A stretch of 64,000 nt of DNA, from NCBI GenBank assembly GCA_963772375.1, contig CAVYXG010000005.1:557339-621338 (forward strand), in the 5' to 3' direction. This stretch comes from an uncultured Actinomycetes bacterium. GTDB lineage: Bacteria; Actinomycetota; UBA4738; JACQTL01. Positions within the stretch are counted from its first letter, which is position 1. Each line of letters begins with the position of its first letter. The notes under the pieces are model-generated. The model searched no databases and was not told the DNA's origin. It saw nothing but the letters and a program-made list of their open reading frames with translations. Position numbers and translations under genes: made by a program. Positions 1 to 8,428 of this stretch are shown here, piece by piece.

Positions 1-293
1 GGCACTTTCCCGACGACGCCCCGGAGACCTCGGGGATGGACGGCCTCGACCTGCTGGCGCGGTGCGTGGCCCTGGCCGCGGAGGCGGGAATCCGTCCGTC
101 GTCCGTGGACCTGACCGTGGTGGCGGAACGGCCCGCGATCGCGCCGCGTCGGGACGAGATCGCCGCCGCGCTGGCCGGGGTGCTCGGCGTCGAGGCCGGG
201 TCGGTCTCGGTGAAGGCCACCCGGCCCGAGGGGCTGGGGCTGACCGGTGACGGCGCGGCCTGCCTTGCCCTCGTGGTGGCGTCGCAAGGGTGA
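1..293 (+). CDS. ispF: 2-C-methyl-D-erythritol 2,4-cyclodiphosphate synthase, C-terminal part (gene starts upstream of window)
   Basis: Frame-3 translation from window start reads HFPDDAPETSG...SVKATRPEGLGLTGDGAACLALVVASQG, matching the conserved IspF C-terminus (HFPDTDP...KAKT.EKLGF.GRGEGIAAQAV). Stop TGA 291-293 overlaps the next start (GTGA). Confidence 0.8.
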   Translation, partial: HFPDDAPETSGMDGLDLLARCVALAAEAGIRPSSVDLTVVAERPAIAPRRDEIAAALAGVLGVEAGSVSVKATRPEGLGLTGDGAACLALVVASQG

Positions 294-1084
294 CCCCTTC
301 ACGGCCGGCGACCGGCGGCCGGCGAGGCCGGTCGGAGCGGAGGCCCGCGCCCCGGGCGACCGATGCGTGGCTCGGGGGCCGGCGGGCGGTCGCGGAGGCG
401 CTCCGTGCGGGGCTGGCCCTCGAGATCCTGGTGTCGCGAGGCGCCGGTTCGGGGCCGGTGGCGGAGCTCGCCGCATCCGCCAATGCGGCCGGCGTCACGG
501 TCGGCGAGCGGTCGGGCGAGGAGCTCGACCGGCTGGCGACGGACGCCCAGGGTGTGGTCGCTCGCGTCGCCCTGCCCCGGGAGCTGGGGGATGCGGAGCT
601 GCGGGCGTTCGGCTTCGGTCCGGAAGCCGTCGTGGTGGTGCTGGACGGCGTGACCGATCCCCAGAACCTCGGCGCCGCGGCCCGATCGGCGGAGGCAGCC
701 GGGGTCGCGATGCTGGTGTCGAGGGAACGCCGCGCCGCGCCCGTCACACCGGCGGCGATCCGCGCCTCGGCCGGCGCGCTGCTCCATCTGCCCATCGCTC
801 GTGTGACGAACCTCACGCGAACGCTGCAGACGCTCCAGTCGCTCGGCTTCACGGTGGTCGGCCTCGACGAGGACGCGCCGAAGAGCATCCTCGACGAAGC
901 CGCCCCCGACGGCCGGCTGGCGCTGGTGCTTGGGGCGGAGGGGACGGGCATCTCGCGACTGGTCCGCGAGCACTGCGACCTGCTCGTGTCGCTCCCCATG
1001 CGCGGCAGCGTGCAGTCGCTGAACGCCTCGGCGGCGCTCGCCGCGGCGCTGTTCGCCTACGTGCTCACTCGGCGGCGCGATTGA
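290..1084 (+). CDS. rlmB: 23S rRNA (guanosine-2'-O)-methyltransferase, SpoU/TrmH family (RlmB-like) with Arg-rich N-terminal extension
   Basis: LDGVTDPQNLGAAARSAEAAGV, ARVTNLTRTL, LVLGAEGTGISRL and SLPMRGSVQSLNASAA are the SpoU methyltransferase motifs. GTG start at 290 overlaps the ispF stop. Confidence 0.8.
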   Translation: MTPSRPATGGRRGRSERRPAPRATDAWLGGRRAVAEALRAGLALEILVSRGAGSGPVAELAASANAAGVTVGERSGEELDRLATDAQGVVARVALPRELGDAELRAFGFGPEAVVVVLDGVTDPQNLGAAARSAEAAGVAMLVSRERRAAPVTPAAIRASAGALLHLPIARVTNLTRTLQTLQSLGFTVVGLDEDAPKSILDEAAPDGRLALVLGAEGTGISRLVREHCDLLVSLPMRGSVQSLNASAALAAALFAYVLTRRRD

Positions 1085-1146
1085 TCGGTTCCGGCGTTCC
1101 CGCGGGCTATCCTTCTTCGCGGGCGGATGAACCGGCCGCCCGGCAC

Positions 1147-1223
1147 GCCGGCGTGGCGCAGTCCGGTAGCGCAAGCGATTTGTAATCGCTAGGTCGTCGG
1201 TTCGAATCCGACCGCCGGCTCCA
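1147..1223 (+). tRNA. tRNA-Thr (anticodon TGT), CCA encoded
   Basis: Manual cloverleaf: acceptor GCCGGCG/CGCCGGC, D-stem GCGC/GCGC, anticodon stem AGCGA/TCGCT with loop TTTGTAA (U33, anticodon UGU, A37), T-stem GTCGG/CCGAC with TTCGAAT loop, discriminator T, CCA. Confidence 0.9.
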
Positions 1224-1336
1224 TTCGTTGCAGTCGTTCGAACCGCACCGGATCCCAGGTGTTCGAGGCGGCGCTCTCGCCGGTGTCGCCCGGGTGACGC
1301 GCCGCCTCCTTCGCCGCGAGCCGGAATCGTCCGCCT

Positions 1337-4090
1337 GTGGCAGCATTGGCGACGTTGCAGACTCGCCCAAACCACTCGAGAGGCCCGTTCCACCTGCCCG
1401 CCGTTGTTGCGCTGGTGCTGGCGATGGGTGTGCTGGTGGGAGCGTCCACTGCCTCGGCTCTGCCCAAGCCCGCCGCCGTTCGACCGGTGGCGGCGACCAC
1501 GGTATCCGAGCCCTCGGTTCGGCAGTCCGCCACCGTCACGCGGGATGCCGTCGTGGACCTCGCGAAGGCCCTGCTCCGCACCGGTGTCGAGCGCCTTCGG
1601 GGCGACGCCGTACGGACCACCGCCGCGGTGGCGTCGAAGCCCATCCAATCCTGCCCCGGGTTCTGGTTCACGGCCTTCGGCGTGGTCTGGCACCAGCAGG
1701 GGGCCGGTTCGGTCGCCGGTACGGCCACGTGGCTCGGCGCGCACGGCGCCGTGCTCGGTCACCAGGCCCTCGCTCCCGACGACGACGGCGGTGACGCGGC
1801 GGGCCCCGGCCCGCATTCCACCCCGCTGATCTGGACCGGCGGCGGCCGGTGTGTGCGGCTCGTGGTCAGGCTCCCCGCCGGCGTGACCATCGCCGATCCG
1901 CACGTCGCGTTCGCCAACACCTCCGGCTCCGCCGCCGGCCCCGGAACCGGCCCGCCCGACATCGCGGTACGGGGCGTGGACACGACCGACCTCGCGGACC
2001 CGGGGGACGCGCCCGGCGCGAGTCCGGCGGACCGCGCGGCGAACGGGGGCGGACCGCCGATGCCGGCCATGGTCTCGCGCGCGGCGTGGGGTGCCCAGCA
2101 GGTGTCGTTCGACATGGGCTCACCGGGGTGCAGCGCGCCGTACTACTCGCCGATCAAGGTGGCCTACGTCCACCACACGTCGGGCACGAACTCCTACTCG
2201 CGCGCCCAGAGCGACGACATCGTCCGGGGCATTGACTGGTACCACACGCAGGAACGCGGCTACTGCGACATCGCCTACAACTTCCTCGTCGACCGGTTCG
2301 GGACGATCTTCGTGGGCCGTGCCGGCGGCATCGACCTCCCGGTGGTCCCCGGCTCCCAGGCTGGGTTCAACCCGTTCACGTTCTCGGTGTCGGTGATGGG
2401 GAACTTCGCCTCCGCCGCCCCGCCGCGCGCGGCCATCGAGAGCGTCGAGCGCGTCCTTGCCTGGAAGCTCGACCTCGCGCACGTGCCGGCCGACGGAACG
2501 GCCACCCTCGTCTCCCAGGGCTACGACACGGACCGCTATCCGCCCGGGCAGCGGATCGCGATGCACACCATCGAGGGCCACCGCCGGACGAGCCAGACCG
2601 ACTGCCCCGGCCGCATCTGGAACCTGCTGCCGCAGATCCGCCGGGCCGTCGCGGCCATGGGCGGCCCCAAGATCTACCGCCCGGCCGAGTCGGCCCCGCA
2701 GATCTCACCGGGGCACGGTTCGGTGCGGTTCACCGCGACGGCGTCCGTCCCGCTGCGGTGGTCGGTGACGGTCGAGCGCCCGGACGGCACCGGGATCCGG
2801 CCCCTGCAGCAGCACGGCATGTCGACCTCGCTGCGTATCGACTGGGACGGGCTCGACGCGAACGGCCACCCGGCCCCGCCCGGCGCCTACGCGGCGCTCA
2901 TCGCCGGCACCGCTCGCGATGGGGCCGCCCCCCGCCGGGCCACCCTGCAGATCGACGTGCCCGGCGCGCCGCCCGGACCGCTCTCGGTTCCGAGCGGCAC
3001 CGTCCAGGTCCACGGCGGCTTCGCCACGCTCCGGGCCGTCGCGGTCGCCGGCCCGGCCGACGTCTGGGCCGTCGGAACGATCGCCACGGACGGCGCGATC
3101 CGCCCGCTCGTTCGCCACCTCGGCCAGCACGGCTGGACGACGCTCGGCTCCCCGAACCCCGGCGTCCACGGCAGCGGCCTCCAGGCGGTCGCCGCGACGG
3201 CGCGGGACGACGTCTGGGCGGGCGGATTCTCGTGCCTCAGCTCGGGGTGCGGGCGGGGCGGAGGGTTCGGCTCGCGGACCCTCATGGAGCACTGGAACGG
3301 CCACGGCTGGAAGCCCGTGCCCACGCCGAGCCCCGGCACCGCGCTCAACGAGATCCGCGCCGTCGACGCCGTGGCGCCGGACGACGTGTGGGCCGTCGGG
3401 CTGTGGTCGGACCGGGGCCGGTGGCTGCGGCACGGACTGGTCCTCCATTGGGACGGCACGTCGTGGCGGCAGGTCCGGATCCCGTTCGTCCCCGGCGAGG
3501 CCCATCTCGACGGCATCTCCACCTCCGGGCCCGACGACGCGTGGGCGGCCGGCGAGGTGTGCCCCGGTCCCTGCTCCGGCCTCGCGCACAGCGCCGCGCT
3601 CCTCCTGCACTGGAACGGCTCCGGGTTCACCCGCGTGCAGCCGGCCGCGCTGGGCGCCGACCGCAGCGGGCTGGATGGCGTCCTCGACGTGTCGCCGACC
3701 GAGGCCTGGGCGGTGGGTGGCAGATCGGCCAACCGCGTCGCGCCGACGCAGCCGCTCATCGAGCGGTGGGACGGGACCAGGTGGCGCCGCATCGCGGCGC
3801 CGCTCGCGGGGAAGTCGTCCGAGCTGTTCGACGTTTTGGCGGCCGGCGGCCGCCTGTGGTCGGTGGGCGCGTTCGGGACGAGCAGCGCCGAGCGCCCGTT
3901 CACGCTGCGCCGCAGCGCGTCCGGGGCGTGGAAGCGGGTCGGAGCGCCGAGTCCGAACGTCCGGCTGGCGTTCCTGTCGGGAGCCGCAACGGGGACGACA
4001 CCCGACATGTGGGCGGCGGGACCGGCCACGTCGGGACCGTTCGCGCTGCACTGGAACGGCCATGTCTGGAGGTCCGTGGCGACGGGCTGA
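1337..4090 (+). CDS. Secreted multidomain N-acetylmuramoyl-L-alanine amidase (PGRP/Amidase_2 domain) with FlgD-Ig-like domain and C-terminal beta-propeller-like repeats
   Basis: GTG start followed by signal-like hydrophobic segment (FHLPAVVALVLAMGVLVGASTASA). Amidase_2/PGRP core YVHHTSGTNSYSRAQSDDIVRGIDWYHTQERGYCDIAYNFLVDRFGTIFVGRAGG. Ig-like segment WDGLDANGHPAPPGAYAAL. Six to seven C-terminal repeats carrying DDVWAVG/DDAWAAG/EAWAVGG. Confidence 0.75.
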   Translation: MAALATLQTRPNHSRGPFHLPAVVALVLAMGVLVGASTASALPKPAAVRPVAATTVSEPSVRQSATVTRDAVVDLAKALLRTGVERLRGDAVRTTAAVASKPIQSCPGFWFTAFGVVWHQQGAGSVAGTATWLGAHGAVLGHQALAPDDDGGDAAGPGPHSTPLIWTGGGRCVRLVVRLPAGVTIADPHVAFANTSGSAAGPGTGPPDIAVRGVDTTDLADPGDAPGASPADRAANGGGPPMPAMVSRAAWGAQQVSFDMGSPGCSAPYYSPIKVAYVHHTSGTNSYSRAQSDDIVRGIDWYHTQERGYCDIAYNFLVDRFGTIFVGRAGGIDLPVVPGSQAGFNPFTFSVSVMGNFASAAPPRAAIESVERVLAWKLDLAHVPADGTATLVSQGYDTDRYPPGQRIAMHTIEGHRRTSQTDCPGRIWNLLPQIRRAVAAMGGPKIYRPAESAPQISPGHGSVRFTATASVPLRWSVTVERPDGTGIRPLQQHGMSTSLRIDWDGLDANGHPAPPGAYAALIAGTARDGAAPRRATLQIDVPGAPPGPLSVPSGTVQVHGGFATLRAVAVAGPADVWAVGTIATDGAIRPLVRHLGQHGWTTLGSPNPGVHGSGLQAVAATARDDVWAGGFSCLSSGCGRGGGFGSRTLMEHWNGHGWKPVPTPSPGTALNEIRAVDAVAPDDVWAVGLWSDRGRWLRHGLVLHWDGTSWRQVRIPFVPGEAHLDGISTSGPDDAWAAGEVCPGPCSGLAHSAALLLHWNGSGFTRVQPAALGADRSGLDGVLDVSPTEAWAVGGRSANRVAPTQPLIERWDGTRWRRIAAPLAGKSSELFDVLAAGGRLWSVGAFGTSSAERPFTLRRSASGAWKRVGAPSPNVRLAFLSGAATGTTPDMWAAGPATSGPFALHWNGHVWRSVATG

Positions 4091-4136
4091 CCGCCATCTG
4101 CAGGCATGGCCCGGCGGTCGCCGAACGGAGTGGTCA

Positions 4137-6254
4137 TCACGCCGACCGGCTGACCGAGCCCTCCCGACCCTGCGCGTCCACGTCCCATCGAGCGCCGAAC
4201 GCGTGGATCCCGGAGATCCGGATCCGCCCGACCGACTCGGGGATGAACGGGTCCACGACCAGCGCACCCTCATGGATGCCGATGCCGAGCATGGCGCTCA
4301 CCAGGAAGAACGGCGCCGCCGTCGCCCAGGCCTGCGGGCTGCAGGCGGTCGGGAAGGGCACCGGGAACCGGCTGAGGACGCGGGGGAAGCCGGCGAACGC
4401 CTCGGGGAGGCGCCCCTGGGAGTAGGACGCGGCCTCCACCAGGGCGAGGGCGATGCGGTTCGACTCCTCGCGGAACCCCATCCGGGCCATCCCGGCCGCG
4501 ATGATCGCGTTGTCGTGCGGCCAGATCGTGCCGACGTGGTAGCCGATCGGGTTGAACCCGGCCTCCGCCGACGACAGGGTCCGGACACCCCATCCGGAGA
4601 ACATCTCGTCGCTCATCAGCCGGCGGACGACCACGTCCGCGCGTTCCCCCGGCACGATCCCCGACATCAGCAGCTGGCCCATGTTGGAGGTCATCGAGTC
4701 GATCCGGCGTTTGTCGCCGTCGAGCCCGATCGCGTAGAAGCCGCCGCGGTCATCCGTCCAGAACGCCTCGTTGAAGCGCCGCTCGAGGTCCGCCGCCTCC
4801 CCGCGAAGGCGTTCGGCCCAGCCGGGGTCGCCGAATACACGCTCGGCCAGCTCCGCGGCCCGGACCTTGGCGTCGTAGGAGTATCCCTGGGCCTCCGCGA
4901 TCGCGATCGGCAGGAACGGGATCCGCCCGTCGGCGAACTGCACGCCGTCGAACGAGTCCTTCCAGCACTGGTTCCCGAGGCCCTGCGTCGACCGGGTCCG
5001 GTACTCGACGAACCCGTCGCCGTCCTGGTCGCCGTACCGGTCGATCCACTCGAGGGCCCGTTGCACGTGCTGACGCATGCCGCCCACGAACTCGTCGTCG
5101 CCGGTCCACCGCCAGTACGCGCTCAGCAGGATCAGCCACAGCTGGGTGGCGTCGGTGTTCCCGTAGTAGGGATTGTGGGGCTTCAGCCCGAGCTGGGTGA
5201 GCTCGCCGGCCCGGTACTCGTGCGCGATCTTGCCGGGTTCCTCGTCGCGGAAGTCGTCGACCTTCGTTCCCTGCAGTAGGGCGAGGGCCGTGAGGCCGCC
5301 CTTGGCGAGCTCGGGCCCGACCCACATCGACATCAGCGCGGTGACGAGGGTGTCCCGGCCGAACAGCGTCATGAACCACGGCAGCCCCGCGGCCGGCAGG
5401 CCCATCTCCCGATCCATCCCCGGCAGCCGTCCGCTGATCCGGAGCGCCGCGAGGTCGGTCACGGACTTCCGGAATACCGCGGTCAGCACGTCGGAGTTCG
5501 ATTCGAACTCCGGCACCTGCCGCATCCACCGCGACAGCGAATCGTCGGCGTCCCGCCAGCTGTCGCCGAAGTCGCGGTGCACCCGCTCGAGGAGCAGGCC
5601 CGACGCGTCGACCTCCACGTCGACGTCGGCCCTCCATTCGCCGCGGGGCGTGAGCTCCACCGCCCACACGAGGTCGTCCCCGTCGATCGTGGGCTCGCCG
5701 GTGGCGCGGACCCGCGTCTCGGCCGAGAACGGGTCGTGCTCGTACCGGAACGACAGCCGCCCGGCGGCGGGGTCGTGATTCCGAACGATCGACGCGCCAC
5801 GGTCCCGGACCTGGGCCTTGATCTCGAACAGGTCGGCGAAGTCGGTCCCCACCGCCAGCCGGAGCTCGAACCCCAGGGGGTCGTCCGAGAAGCTGTGGAT
5901 CGTGATCTCCTCGTGGAGATCGGCGCCGACGAACCGGCTCCGCCGGACCGACAGGATGTTCCTGGGCAGGTCGGACACGGCCGGGTTCGTCAGCACGAAC
6001 ACCGCTGAGTAGTAGTCGACGGCGTCGGACCGCAGGACCGGCAGCGGTTCCCCGTCGATGGTCAGCACCCACGTGCCGAGGAACCGCGTGTCCGCCACCA
6101 CGAACCCGCCGATCGAGCCCTGGGGGACGTCCCCCCGGGAGTCCGAGTAGCAGAACGCCCGCCCCTCGAGGACCGCGATCGCGCCGGCCCCGAGCTCGGG
6201 CGGGATGATCCGCTTGGCGCTCGGGACGCCGCCCGCCACGCCGGCGCCGGGCAT
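4137..6254 (-). CDS. Amylo-alpha-1,6-glucosidase family glycoside hydrolase (GDE_N_bis + GDE_C domains). Start uncertain: ATG at 6254 preferred, longest ORF reaches 6380.
   Basis: N-terminal IAVLEGRAFCYSDSRGDV...GFVVADTRFLGTWVLTIDGEPLPVL (GDE_N_bis-type) and GNTDATQLWLILLSAYWRWTGDDEFV (GDE_C six-hairpin glycosidase-type). The first ~40 residues of the longest ORF are Gly/Pro-rich and probably untranslated. Confidence 0.7.
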   Translation of the reverse strand: MPGAGVAGGVPSAKRIIPPELGAGAIAVLEGRAFCYSDSRGDVPQGSIGGFVVADTRFLGTWVLTIDGEPLPVLRSDAVDYYSAVFVLTNPAVSDLPRNILSVRRSRFVGADLHEEITIHSFSDDPLGFELRLAVGTDFADLFEIKAQVRDRGASIVRNHDPAAGRLSFRYEHDPFSAETRVRATGEPTIDGDDLVWAVELTPRGEWRADVDVEVDASGLLLERVHRDFGDSWRDADDSLSRWMRQVPEFESNSDVLTAVFRKSVTDLAALRISGRLPGMDREMGLPAAGLPWFMTLFGRDTLVTALMSMWVGPELAKGGLTALALLQGTKVDDFRDEEPGKIAHEYRAGELTQLGLKPHNPYYGNTDATQLWLILLSAYWRWTGDDEFVGGMRQHVQRALEWIDRYGDQDGDGFVEYRTRSTQGLGNQCWKDSFDGVQFADGRIPFLPIAIAEAQGYSYDAKVRAAELAERVFGDPGWAERLRGEAADLERRFNEAFWTDDRGGFYAIGLDGDKRRIDSMTSNMGQLLMSGIVPGERADVVVRRLMSDEMFSGWGVRTLSSAEAGFNPIGYHVGTIWPHDNAIIAAGMARMGFREESNRIALALVEAASYSQGRLPEAFAGFPRVLSRFPVPFPTACSPQAWATAAPFFLVSAMLGIGIHEGALVVDPFIPESVGRIRISGIHAFGARWDVDAQGREGSVSRSA

Positions 6255-6404
6255 GGGATCGGCCGGGGTGGGTCGGCCACCGCCGGGCGGTGGACGTCGT
6301 CCCGCCCCACCGGCCGGACCCCCCGCGCTGCTGGGGACGCCGAGGACAGCATGCAGCGGGTCGGGGCGCTCGTGTCTCATCGGTTCCTCCTCCCACGGGC
6401 GCCA

Positions 6405-6437
6405 AGGTGGTACCAGCCAGGTGCTGCCGGTGGTACC
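6405..6437. promoter_or_regulatory. Direct repeat GGTGGTACC (x2, each containing a GGTACC palindrome) in the divergent intergenic region between the GDE-family gene and gdh
   Basis: Seen directly: ...ccaaGGTGGTACCagccaggtgctgccGGTGGTACCgcg... about 170 bp upstream of the gdh GTG start. Candidate regulator-binding site. Confidence 0.25.
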
Positions 6438-6608
6438 GCGTACGGGGCATCATCCACCCAGACCCGCGATGGGCGCTGTCGCCCGGCACGAGCGGAGTGC
6501 TGGTGCCGTTTCCGTGTGCCGGTCGATCCCACCACCGCGAACTACACTCGGGGCCGGGGCCCGCCGATCACGAACCAGCCACGAACCCGAACGGAACAGG
6601 AGCCGGGT

Positions 6609-7856
6609 GTGAGTTCCAACTCCCCGTGGGAGGCCGCACTCTCACAGCTCGAGGAGGCCGCGGCGACCCTCAACCTCGATCCGGGCGTCCACGACGTGCT
6701 GCGCAACCCTAAGCGCGTGCTCACGGTCGCCGTTCCCATCCGGCACGACGACGGCGGGGTTCGCGTGTACACAGGGTTCCGCGTCCATCACAACACGTCG
6801 CGCGGCCCATCCAAAGGCGGTATCCGGTACCACCCGGACGTCGACATCGACGAGGTCAAGGCCCTCGCGATGTGGATGACCTGGAAGTGCGCGATCGTGG
6901 GCATCCCGTACGGCGGCGCCAAGGGAGGGGTGGTGGTCGACCCGAAGTCCCTGACGGTCCGCGAGCTCGAGAAGCTCACCCGGCGCTATGCCGCGGAGAT
7001 CCTGCCGCTGATCGGCCCCGACCGCGACATCCCGGCTCCCGACGTGGGGACCGACGACCAGATCATGGCCTGGATCATGGACACGTACTCCATGAACGTC
7101 GGCCACTCGGCGCTCGGTGTCGTCACCGGCAAGCCGCTCTCGGTCGGCGGCTCGGCGGGGCGCGGGGACGCGACCAGTCGCGGCGTGATGTACGTGGCCG
7201 AGGCGACCCTCAAGCACCAGGGCTGGAAGGTGGACGAGACCCGCGTCGCCATCCAGGGCTACGGCAAGGTGGGCGCGCCGGCGGTTCGGCTCATGGAGGA
7301 GCTCGGGTGCATCGTCGTCGGCGTCTCCGACGTCCACGGCGGCACCTACTGCCCCGATGGGCTGTCCTGGAAGGGGCTGGCCGCCCACCACGCGGACACC
7401 GGCACGGTGGTCGGCTACGACGGCGGCGAGGACGTCACCAACGCCGAGCTCCTCGAGATCGAGTGCGATCTGCTGATCCCGGCCGCGCTCGAGAGCCAGA
7501 TCACCGACGACAACGCCGGACGGATCAGGGCCGAGATCATCGTCGAGGGGGCGAACGGCCCGACCACCCCTGCCGCCGACGAGATCCTCCGCGACCGCGG
7601 CGTGCTGGTCGTGCCCGACATCCTGGCGAACTCCGGCGGCGTGACCGTGTCCTACTTCGAATGGGTCCAGGACCTCCAGGCGTACTTCTGGGACGAGGAC
7701 GAGGTGAACCGCAAGCTCCGCAAGATCATGGAGAACGCCTATCTCGACGTCCTGGCCACGGCCGACGAGCACAAGGTCCACATGCGGACCGCCGCGACGA
7801 TTCTCGGGGTCAATCGCGTCGCGGAGGCCCATCGGACGCGCGGCCTGTTCCCGTAG
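6609..7856 (+). CDS. gdhA: NAD(P)-dependent glutamate dehydrogenase (Glu/Leu/Phe/Val dehydrogenase family)
   Basis: GFRVHHNTSRGPSKGGIRYHPDVDIDEVKALAMWMTWKCAIVGIPYGGAKGG (catalytic-Lys glycine-rich motif) and QGYGKVGAPA (Rossmann). GTG start at 6609 preceded by GGAGCCGGGT. The track's 6351 start is an upstream over-extension. Confidence 0.9.
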   Translation: MSSNSPWEAALSQLEEAAATLNLDPGVHDVLRNPKRVLTVAVPIRHDDGGVRVYTGFRVHHNTSRGPSKGGIRYHPDVDIDEVKALAMWMTWKCAIVGIPYGGAKGGVVVDPKSLTVRELEKLTRRYAAEILPLIGPDRDIPAPDVGTDDQIMAWIMDTYSMNVGHSALGVVTGKPLSVGGSAGRGDATSRGVMYVAEATLKHQGWKVDETRVAIQGYGKVGAPAVRLMEELGCIVVGVSDVHGGTYCPDGLSWKGLAAHHADTGTVVGYDGGEDVTNAELLEIECDLLIPAALESQITDDNAGRIRAEIIVEGANGPTTPAADEILRDRGVLVVPDILANSGGVTVSYFEWVQDLQAYFWDEDEVNRKLRKIMENAYLDVLATADEHKVHMRTAATILGVNRVAEAHRTRGLFP

Positions 7857-7868
7857 GCCGTTCGTCCA

Positions 7869-7903
7869 TCCCCCGAACCGGAGCGACGGACCCGCCCGGG
7901 GGA
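7869..7903 (+). terminator. Possible GC-rich hairpin downstream of gdh (TCCCCCG ... CGGGGGA stem, long loop, no U-tract)
   Basis: Inverted repeat seen 13 nt after the gdh stop. Weak because of the 21-nt loop and absent T-run. Confidence 0.2.
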
Positions 7904-7929
7904 GGGCGAAACCGTCGAACACCGCCGCT

Positions 7930-8427
7930 GTGCAGCCGAAACGCCGATCCGCGCGCGCTCAAGATCGGTCCCCTGCCGTCGATGCAATAGCCTCAGTGAG
8001 AGGTGCGTTCCCGCTTCGGTTCGTCGCCGTGGTCCTGCTCGTCGCGGGGCTCGCGACCGCCTGCTCCGAAGTCGCGAACCGGGCCGCGACCGGTCCCCGT
8101 GTGTCGGTGACGGAGCGGGACTTTCACATCTCCGCGCCGACCGTGGTTCCCGCGGGTGACGTGGTCATCTCCGCCCACAACACGGGGCCGGATGCGCACG
8201 AGCTCATCCTCATCCGGCGCACACGGGGGAGCCTCCCGCTCCGACCGGACGGGATCACCGTGGACGAGGACGCCGTCGAGGCCCGAACGCCGGGCGCCCT
8301 CGAGCCCTACCAGCCCGGCATGACCGAGGACCTCACCGTCCATCTGACGCCGGGGCGGTACGTGTTCATCTGCAACATGTCCGGCCACTACCTGAGCGGC
8401 ATGCACGCGGACATCGTCGTGAGGTGA
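7930..8427 (+). CDS. Cupredoxin-like (type-1 copper) lipoprotein; alternative GTG start at 7996 gives an immediate signal peptide
   Basis: Signal/lipobox FVAVVLLVAGLATACSE. C-terminal FICNMSGHYLSGMHADIVV (Cys-x4-His-x4-Met blue-copper ligand set) plus an upstream His in AHNTGPDAHELILI. Confidence 0.6.
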   Translation: MQPKRRSARAQDRSPAVDAIASVRGAFPLRFVAVVLLVAGLATACSEVANRAATGPRVSVTERDFHISAPTVVPAGDVVISAHNTGPDAHELILIRRTRGSLPLRPDGITVDEDAVEARTPGALEPYQPGMTEDLTVHLTPGRYVFICNMSGHYLSGMHADIVVR

Positions 8428-8428
8428 G

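Noticed and set aside
299-1903. 534-aa minus-strand ORF antisense to rlmB and the tRNA
   Set aside because: Arg/Gly/Pro-rich, no motif, runs across a well-supported tRNA and the rlmB gene. A typical GC-rich shadow frame.
2705-5279. Several 430-790-aa ORFs (2705..4273 -, 2758..4425 +, 2887..4188 -, 2919..5279 +) overlapping the amidase and GDE genes
   Set aside because: All are low-complexity (R/G/P/A/S) translations of alternative frames of genes that have clear domain signatures. No recognisable family motif.
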